13,478 bases of DNA from Promethearchaeota archaeon (lineage in GTDB: Archaea > Asgardarchaeota > Odinarchaeia > Odinarchaeales > JBHLKK01). The DNA lies in NCBI GenBank assembly GCA_048939465.1, contig JBHLPL010000049.1:1-13478 (forward strand), given 5' to 3'. The notes beneath the pieces were generated by a model. It worked only from the letters and a program-made list of their open reading frames with translations, made no database searches and was not told the origin of the DNA. Shown here in pieces: positions 7,690 to 13,478 of the stretch. Numbering within the stretch: position 1 is the first letter of the stretch; each line of letters starts with the position of its first letter. A program made the position numbers and the translations under genes.

Positions 7690-8148
7690 TCAATACTTTG
7701 TGACCATCGAGGATATACTGATTCTCACGTTTTCTCCCGGATTCCTTAATGGTATTGCGAGAAACTTGAAAAGAACGTATCTGTCTTGCTCGTGTTCCTG
7801 TCTTAGATATTCGGCGAAGGACTCAGGAGCAACTCCAACGCATATTCCTCTTCTATCAGGAACCGCAAATGGGTCCTCATGTATCAGGAAATTCATCGGA
7901 GATGAAAAATCCGGGAAGTCTTTCACCTCAATACTCCACCAAGCCCTGTCAGAGAGATTCTTCTGATCTGGATTAACTACTTCTTCAACGAGATTCTCAC
8001 CAAAGAAGGTGCTTTCCAATATTCCTCGGAAAATCTCGAAGAACTTCTCTTTAATAATAGGATAATCACCCAGAATGGACTGCACATCTACAAAGGTCAT
8101 GATTCTATATTCCTCCCCATTCTTAACCCGAACTGCCCATGTTTTCAT
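7690..8148 (-). CDS. Hypothetical protein, ending at a TGA that is followed by an in-frame open extension
   Basis: 152 aa ORF with GGGGAAGGA upstream of the ATG, co-oriented with the topo VI cluster. No recognisable family. Confidence 0.75.
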   Translation of the reverse strand: MKTWAVRVKNGEEYRIMTFVDVQSILGDYPIIKEKFFEIFRGILESTFFGENLVEEVVNPDQKNLSDRAWWSIEVKDFPDFSSPMNFLIHEDPFAVPDRRGICVGVAPESFAEYLRQEHEQDRYVLFKFLAIPLRNPGENVRISISSMVTKY

Positions 8149-8214
8149 GTTCCTTCCCCAAAGCCTTTGAATATTGGTATAGAAGACCTTTCTTGCAGTA
8201 GGAGACCTCTGGAT

Positions 8215-8940
8215 TTACTCTCTAAGAGCCGATATCGAATCAATAAACTCGCTAGGCAGATCATAGATAATCCAATCAGACGGTCCGGCAGCAATAAGCA
8301 GTTTCCTGACTCTAACCATAGGCCTTTCTTCTCTCTTATGTTCTCTGATTTTGAACTCAAGTATTACATCAGAGTTGTACTCTATCATGTCCCTACATTC
8401 TTGATCTACCGGATCGGGAATCAATAAGAATACCACGCAGCCAAATCTTGTCGCTATTTCCCGCATCAGCAGACTGAAACTAACTGCGTGCTGAATACTA
8501 AAAAGAGTAGAAAGCGACAGCACGGAATCAACTATACAGACTGTTTTGTCCTTCATCTTACCTTCAGTAATCCTGTTTACTTCCCTAAAGGGACGCAAAA
8601 CCTCCGGACTACTTGACGGATTCGTTATTGTGAGTGGGCCAGTCTTCTCAGAGAATTTGAAGCAATTAACAAAGAATAACTTCTCTTCCTCTTCGTATTT
8701 GGCAGCGTCTATTCCTATCGATTTCAACTGTTTCCTAATCAGATCTGGCGAGTGGTCAAAAGCCATGAAGATTCCATACTTTTTTTTCTTTAACTCATTG
8801 GAGAGGATGCTGCTACTTAACAGCCAACCACTGCCCGCTGTTACGTCGTTGATAGATACCAGACTCTCTAATGGAAATCCCCCTTTCAGGATTTTGTCAA
8901 GACCAGGCAAATTTGATTTCAGGCGAGGAATTTGGTCCAC
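8215..8940 (-). CDS. KaiC/RecA-superfamily ATPase-like protein with degenerate Walker A
   Basis: RLKSNLPGLDKILKGGFP start, FDHSPDLIRKQL, CIVDSV (Walker B) and DVILEF...VRVRK are all KaiC-like. The P-loop reads DVTAGSGWLL. Confidence 0.85.
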   Translation of the reverse strand: MDQIPRLKSNLPGLDKILKGGFPLESLVSINDVTAGSGWLLSSSILSNELKKKKYGIFMAFDHSPDLIRKQLKSIGIDAAKYEEEEKLFFVNCFKFSEKTGPLTITNPSSSPEVLRPFREVNRITEGKMKDKTVCIVDSVLSLSTLFSIQHAVSFSLLMREIATRFGCVVFLLIPDPVDQECRDMIEYNSDVILEFKIREHKREERPMVRVRKLLIAAGPSDWIIYDLPSEFIDSISALRE

Positions 8941-8956
8941 CTCCGATTCTCAGACT

Positions 8957-10306
8957 CTATCCTGTTTGAATTATCCCTTTTCTTTTGAGCTTATCTATTT
9001 CCTTAAATTTCGCGGGCAAATACTCATCAACTACATAGGTTAATCCGTAGCGACTGAAGGCTTGTTGCTCTGCCTTTCTCTTAATGGAGAGGAACTTGCT
9101 GAGTTGATCTTGCCAAAACTTGGTCCTGTATCTGGGATCCTTTCTAAGCTCCTTTGTTCTTTTTATATCTTGCTCTGTGAACTTGTCTGTCGGTAGATTA
9201 TACTTCTCAATATCTGACGCCCAAACCCCCATCCAAACGGCATCGGGGGTAGCTAGTCCTCTTAGATGAGCTGCAGTGGCAGAGCCGCTTATTATAACCA
9301 TCGCAATGTGGACTCCCCAGGGATCTCCATCCGTGAAAACGTAGGCAGGAATATTGAATTCATAGTGTAGTCTTCTGATTAGTCTCCTAGTACTTCTCGG
9401 AGCTTGACCCGCCGTGTGTAATAATAATGCGTTGAAACTCTCGTGAACCCCCTCTTCAATGAATCTCGTAAACATACCACCGGATTCTATTGCAATGATC
9501 TTGTCAGCACCACAATTAACGAACTTGGAGTTTATTAAATGGGGTCCGATCATTACTCCGTCTGGATTGTCCATCATGTTGACTCTCTTGCCACGGTATT
9601 TTTCAGGGGTAGTATATTCTACGGTTAGATCGCCATATATGGCAGACCTTTCTTCTGGGAATATTTTGAAGTCCTCGCGGGGGGTTTCAATCACAGCTTC
9701 GACATCTGTAATAAGGCTGTCGGATTCCTGTTGATCCAAGAATTTAATCTTGTATGCCTCTGAAGAGTAATACACGTCTCTGAGAGTACTGCTTTTGTTC
9801 ATCCTCAACAGTTCTCTGACGAATCTCATAACCCAAATGAGTTGTGTTAAACTCTTAATTTGGCCGATGTTTCTTGCTGAGCGGGTCACCATCCTTCCCG
9901 CCAATATGTACTGCCTTGAAATGGGGTCGAACTTGATGTTTGAGGTGCTTCTGCTAGGTACATCCAGGGACGGGAATCTTCCTGAAGAAAGCTGACCATA
10001 CAGATCCAGACCAACGCCCTTCAGTTCTTTGAGTATGTCATCAGCTGTTTTCATTGATTCTTCATGGGCTCTTTCTTTCTCTTTGGTCACATGTTTCTTG
10101 ACTTTGGCCTCAGCTTTTGTGAGACGCCAGTACGTCATCCCGCCCAGTTTTATGGACTCAACAACCCCTTCTTTCGCCATACGCGTAAGGACCCGTCTTA
10201 CGGGTGCTGCTTTTTTGTATTTCAAGTTCTTCATTATGGATTTAATGGATTTCCATCTTCTAGTCAATACAGCTCTTATGGCTTCTCCGCTCAGATTTTT
10301 GGACAC
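8957..10306 (-). CDS. top6A: DNA topoisomerase VI subunit A (Spo11 family) with N-terminal extension
   Basis: TLRDVYY catalytic-Tyr motif, IIAIESGGMF Toprim glutamate, FTDGDPWG DxD motif and KAEQQA. GGAGG lies 9 nt before the GTG. Confidence 0.97.
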   Translation of the reverse strand: MSKNLSGEAIRAVLTRRWKSIKSIMKNLKYKKAAPVRRVLTRMAKEGVVESIKLGGMTYWRLTKAEAKVKKHVTKEKERAHEESMKTADDILKELKGVGLDLYGQLSSGRFPSLDVPSRSTSNIKFDPISRQYILAGRMVTRSARNIGQIKSLTQLIWVMRFVRELLRMNKSSTLRDVYYSSEAYKIKFLDQQESDSLITDVEAVIETPREDFKIFPEERSAIYGDLTVEYTTPEKYRGKRVNMMDNPDGVMIGPHLINSKFVNCGADKIIAIESGGMFTRFIEEGVHESFNALLLHTAGQAPRSTRRLIRRLHYEFNIPAYVFTDGDPWGVHIAMVIISGSATAAHLRGLATPDAVWMGVWASDIEKYNLPTDKFTEQDIKRTKELRKDPRYRTKFWQDQLSKFLSIKRKAEQQAFSRYGLTYVVDEYLPAKFKEIDKLKRKGIIQTG

Positions 10307-10307
10307 T

Positions 10308-11870
10308 CTACTTGCCCTCCTTCAAAGATTTGGATGAGTCTTTTCTTCTGGTGGAGCTTCCCGACTGGCTTTTGCTGATAATTAGCAGTCTTTTGATATT
10401 AGGGACTTCTCGTTTACCTGCAAGAAAAGAAATGTTCTCTGCCATTACTGGCAGGTATCGGCCATAAATGTCGAGACGCAGCTTCTCTCTGGCGACTCGT
10501 TCTTTTCTGTGAAGGTGTCTCATTAATCTTCTTGCACACGCTTGAATACCTTTGCGTATTTCCCCCTCAATTTCGACTCTGTCGGCTATGAATTCTTTTC
10601 CAGCAGTCTTGAAAGGTATCTTTGTGCTAACGATGTGTACAAACACAGCTATCGGCATTCCGGGCCTTATTTTGTACCGAGTCCAGTTCACTGCTTTAAT
10701 CACCTTTGCAGAGACATCCTTATACTCATCGTAGATCAGAGGAATACGATTTGCGAACCTGTACAGGACAATATTCTGCTTAAGCGGGACCCCCCCTCCG
10801 TATGCTAACCCGACCTCCGTTATAAATGGATGTCCACCGTAAGATGACGGAGGTCGTTGAGCCACTGCTACGAACTCTGGATCGAGTTCCTTGCGTATAC
10901 CTGCTTCGAGCATCTCTTCTCCCAAGGGGGATAAGCAATCAGCTGCAGGGGGGAGGAATCCTTGATAGCTTCGCATGTTGTGTACAAGTCTCACAACTTC
11001 TCCCATTGTAAGGGATTTCGGGTCTTTATTCGGCTGTATTTTGACTGACTTCAGGAATTTCTTTGCTATTCCTTTTCCTACTCTGTGGAAGTGCGTTGCA
11101 AGAAACTTGCCAATATTCCTCGTCTTTGTCTCTTCTATTAATCGCCTCACATGCTCTATATCGATTCCATGAGGATGTGGTTTTACCAACTTTGAAGGGG
11201 GGGGCAAAGCGTCGACTTTCCTGTGGAAGGTAGACAGGACTCCTTTTGGATCTATGAAGGTGATGTTTGCATAGGGTGTAATGAGTGCGGTCTCCCGAAC
11301 ATACTCGGTTACATTTAATTTCGAGCGCATCCAGTCGCCTTCAAGACTAAACTCGACAATAGTTCCATTCCAACCATTATCATTCTTTCGTCTGTCCCAA
11401 CTCAATAATTCCGGAACATTTCTTTGAATATCCATACGGAGCTTCACATCATAGATATAGCTATCATCATTCGTAGAAGTTATCACGTGAAGAGGGTTGT
11501 GCGTTGTGATCTGGCCGTAGAGATAGGCCATTTTCCCACCCAAGCCGAATCTACCTCGAGCTTGCTTATGCTTGTATTTCGAGCCGTAGAGGATTTGACC
11601 GAAGCACTGCTGTATATAATCTCTCGGAACTCCGCCTCCATTGTCCTCTACCCTTAGTTGATAGACACCGTCGCTTTCTCCCGTCAGCCTTATCAGAAGG
11701 TCAGGAAGGATATTGCTTTCTTCACAGGCATCCAAGGAGTTTTCGACTAACTCACGAACAGCGGTGTATAAGGCTCGTGCTGGATTGTCAAAACCGGCTA
11801 TGTCCCTGTTCCGATAGAAGAAATCGGCGGGACTAATGGCCTCATATATGGTAGAATTGTCTGTTGCCAT
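10308..11870 (-). CDS. top6B: DNA topoisomerase VI subunit B
   Basis: ISPADFFYRN, ELVENSLDA, VEDNGGG, RGRFGLGGK (GHKL), KPHPHG, RFANRIPL and PFKTAGKE. Start placed at ATG 11870 because GAAGGAG lies about 9 nt upstream. Confidence 0.98.
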   Translation of the reverse strand: MATDNSTIYEAISPADFFYRNRDIAGFDNPARALYTAVRELVENSLDACEESNILPDLLIRLTGESDGVYQLRVEDNGGGVPRDYIQQCFGQILYGSKYKHKQARGRFGLGGKMAYLYGQITTHNPLHVITSTNDDSYIYDVKLRMDIQRNVPELLSWDRRKNDNGWNGTIVEFSLEGDWMRSKLNVTEYVRETALITPYANITFIDPKGVLSTFHRKVDALPPPSKLVKPHPHGIDIEHVRRLIEETKTRNIGKFLATHFHRVGKGIAKKFLKSVKIQPNKDPKSLTMGEVVRLVHNMRSYQGFLPPAADCLSPLGEEMLEAGIRKELDPEFVAVAQRPPSSYGGHPFITEVGLAYGGGVPLKQNIVLYRFANRIPLIYDEYKDVSAKVIKAVNWTRYKIRPGMPIAVFVHIVSTKIPFKTAGKEFIADRVEIEGEIRKGIQACARRLMRHLHRKERVAREKLRLDIYGRYLPVMAENISFLAGKREVPNIKRLLIISKSQSGSSTRRKDSSKSLKEGK

Positions 11871-11909
11871 CTTTTGGTACTCCTTCAATCTCTAATTTCC
11901 AGTAGACCA

Positions 11910-11917
11910 TTAATAAA
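11910..11917 (-). promoter_or_regulatory. TATA box for the top6B-top6A cluster
   Basis: TTTATTAA on the minus strand about 40 nt upstream of ATG 11870. Confidence 0.5.
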
Positions 11918-11983
11918 CTATACTAATAATCAACGGGTCACAAGACTTTTCCGCCACGAATGTGGAGAAGTGTAAACAGAGGG

Positions 11984-12130
11984 GGGCAGTGAACTGGCCC
12001 TAGCCCTCGCAAGGGGCCATCCCTCGCTCTCTGGATCGCCAGCACGTCTCCTCTCAGAGGAGTGAATACTGGGAAGTTTTGGGCAGGTTTAAATCCTTTG
12101 CTGGTGCCTTAGGGCGAGGCAGTCATGCCC
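11984..12130 (+). ncRNA. Putative ~150-nt structured RNA of unknown family
   Basis: Closing stem GGGCA 11984-11988/TGCCC 12126-12130, TGAACTG/CAGTCA and GCCCTA 11997-12002/TAGGGC 12110-12115. Internal arms: CCTC-GCAA-GGGG, ATCC/GGAT, CGCCAGCA 12037-12044/TGCTGGTG 12099-12106 and CTCCTC-TCA-GAGGAG. It is GC-rich relative to its flanks. The G-U pairs and GNRA loop favour the + strand. Confidence 0.55.
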
Positions 12131-12307
12131 GTCAGGATATATGCGAAGGGCCTGTTTCTTCTGTATTCCTTTTCTTCACTCCAAGGCAACAAACCTCAAG
12201 TTTGGGTTTTCGTGAGAGTATTTAAGTTCACCGCAGTCCATCTCCGCTCTATCGGGCAGAGTCTTCTTGTGGAGGGCAGAGAGAGTTTTCGTGTGTGGAT
12301 CAGCCCT

Positions 12308-12559
12308 TTATTTCAGCGGGTAATCCGCAGGTTCACGCCCCTCTTCCACAAAGATTGCTTTTGCTCCAACCAGCCTGAGCTGAGTCTTGAGTTTTGTGGC
12401 AAACGCAGAGGCCTTATATCTTGAATGAGGCGTAGACCTTATACCTTTCCATATCCAAAGCTTCTTGTTGTTTTCATCAACAATGACTGCAGCAGAATCA
12501 CTTGTAGGCTTCTCGTGAATCTGTTCAATCTTGCCATTAAGTACTTTATAGACACGCAT
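12308..12559 (-). CDS. Single-domain gelsolin-like protein
   Basis: MRVYKVLNGKIEQI...SDSAAVIVDENNKKLWIWKGIRST...ASAFATKL...FVEEGREPADY has the gelsolin repeat pattern (lyvW.G...ks...a...A...v.EG.Ep..F). TTTAATTA about 25 nt upstream suggests a leaderless start at 12559; ATG 12583 is the alternative. Confidence 0.8.
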   Translation of the reverse strand: MRVYKVLNGKIEQIHEKPTSDSAAVIVDENNKKLWIWKGIRSTPHSRYKASAFATKLKTQLRLVGAKAIFVEEGREPADYPLK

Positions 12560-12853
12560 ACTCGCTACCACTAACGTCACCATTAATTAAAGTGAAGAAA
12601 TAATCTCTTAAGTCTTTCGGGTCTGTATGAGGATATCGCAACAGAACATCGTTCGCATCGTGAGAATCCCCATTGGAACTGGATGAACTATGGGATGATT
12701 TAATCTCCGATGAGTAAATCTTGATATCTCCTAGCTTCTGTTTTCGAATTCAGTATTCCAATAACACATCAAAAAGCTTTAGTATTACGGTAATAATATA
12801 ATGGTAATACCTCGAGGAGAGAAGGAAGTACTTTTTTTAGGAAGGCGGGGATA

Positions 12854-13222
12854 GTGGAGTCGGAAAGCGCGAGGGAATGGGTAAGAAAAGCGAAGAAGTT
12901 TAGAATAGTGGGGCAGTATTACGAAACAGGCTACTACTACAGCAAAGCTGCAAAAGAACTCTGGAGATTCGATGAAAAAAAAGCTCGAAAATACTACAAG
13001 GTTGCTGCCGGCTATTTTGTCCTGGGAGCAGACCATCACCATAAGAATGGCTCACTGAATCTTGCGGCCAAAGGCTATGAAGACGCTGCAAGGATTTTTA
13101 GGAAGCTTGGCGCAAAGGATGCTGCTCTCGAGGCTTTTTTGAGGGCAACGAGATGTAGAATTAATGCTATTAAGTCGCACCTAGAGAAATCAGCCACAGA
13201 GCCTGAAGAAATGTCTGGATAG
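12854..13222 (+). CDS. SNAP-like / TPR helical-repeat protein
   Basis: Repeated helical pattern (GYYYSKAA; KYYKVAAGYF; AAKGYEDAARIFRKLG; AALEAFLRA) resembling alpha-SNAP/TPR helices. GTG start after GGAAGGCGGGG. Confidence 0.55.
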   Translation: MESESAREWVRKAKKFRIVGQYYETGYYYSKAAKELWRFDEKKARKYYKVAAGYFVLGADHHHKNGSLNLAAKGYEDAARIFRKLGAKDAALEAFLRATRCRINAIKSHLEKSATEPEEMSG

Positions 13223-13301
13223 ACTCAAGGCAACCACAATACAAAAAAGGAAGGGGGCAATATTAAAGAACAGCATAGTAAGTAAGGCTTTTCGTTAAAA
13301 G

Positions 13302-13478
13302 GTGAGTGAGCTGAAGAGAGGCGCAAGACTCGCGACCCTGTTCATTGCCGGCGTTTTTCTAATGGCTCTATTTGTCCCGTTGCAGAGCAACCAAGTGGGT
13401 AGAATAGTCGATAACCTCGGCTACGACGACTCAAAATTCACGACATTAAGACGTGTTACAATAGTCTGGTCAGACCTG
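13302..13478 (+). CDS. 5' fragment of a secreted or membrane protein (runs off the window)
   Basis: Open from GTG 13302 to the window end: MSELKRGARLATLFIAGVFLMALFVPLQSNQVGRIVDNLGYDDSKFTTLRRVTIVWSDL. A basic N-region plus a hydrophobic stretch suggests a signal peptide. Confidence 0.7.
   Translation, partial: MSELKRGARLATLFIAGVFLMALFVPLQSNQVGRIVDNLGYDDSKFTTLRRVTIVWSDL

Noticed and set aside
1024-11657. Numerous ORF-track entries antisense to or overlapping well-supported genes (e.g. 1024-1446, 1829-2131, 2656-2901, 3427-3636, 8546-9043, 10029-10337)
   Set aside because: Shadow ORFs of real genes, with Ser/Leu/Phe-rich composition typical of antisense frames and no motifs.
12030-12075. TPP-riboswitch-like CTGAGA...CTGG/CCAG...GCGAGGGA on the minus strand, and a cobalamin-like ACTGGGAAG on the plus strand
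   Set aside because: CTGAGA is locked in a perfect hairpin, the P2/P4 junction motifs are absent, and the other cobalamin core elements are not on the same strand.
12125-12424. 99-aa + strand ORF, and likewise 12785-13042 and 12900-13091 on the minus strand
   Set aside because: They overlap the gelsolin or SNAP-like genes on the opposite strand and have no ribosome-binding motif or recognisable features.
1-13478. CRISPR array, tRNA, rRNA or transposase genes
   Set aside because: No regularly spaced direct repeats, complete cloverleaf, rRNA signature or transposase ORF was seen.

Overview
An archaeal chromosomal window, most likely Asgardarchaeota. That call is an inference from three eukaryote-like proteins: an E2F/DP-like winged-helix plus coiled-coil protein, a single-domain gelsolin and a SNAP-like TPR protein. 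Housekeeping genes include Alba, a PAC2/Pba proteasome chaperone, a tungsten AOR-family oxidoreductase, a YkgJ-type CxxCxxCC protein and DNA topoisomerase VI (top6B-top6A). The Topo VI pair continues into a KaiC-like protein with a broken Walker A motif and a hypothetical ORF interrupted by an in-frame TGA. Top6A carries an extra N-terminal winged-helix. Two non-coding stretches look like structured RNAs. One is a ~400-nt ORF-less multi-hairpin region ending in an IS200/IS605-type right end (candidate orphan omega/reRNA locus), divergent from the E2F-like gene. The other is a ~150-nt closed multi-branch RNA upstream of top6B that I cannot assign to a family. All family calls come from motif recognition by eye; no database searches or folding programs were run.
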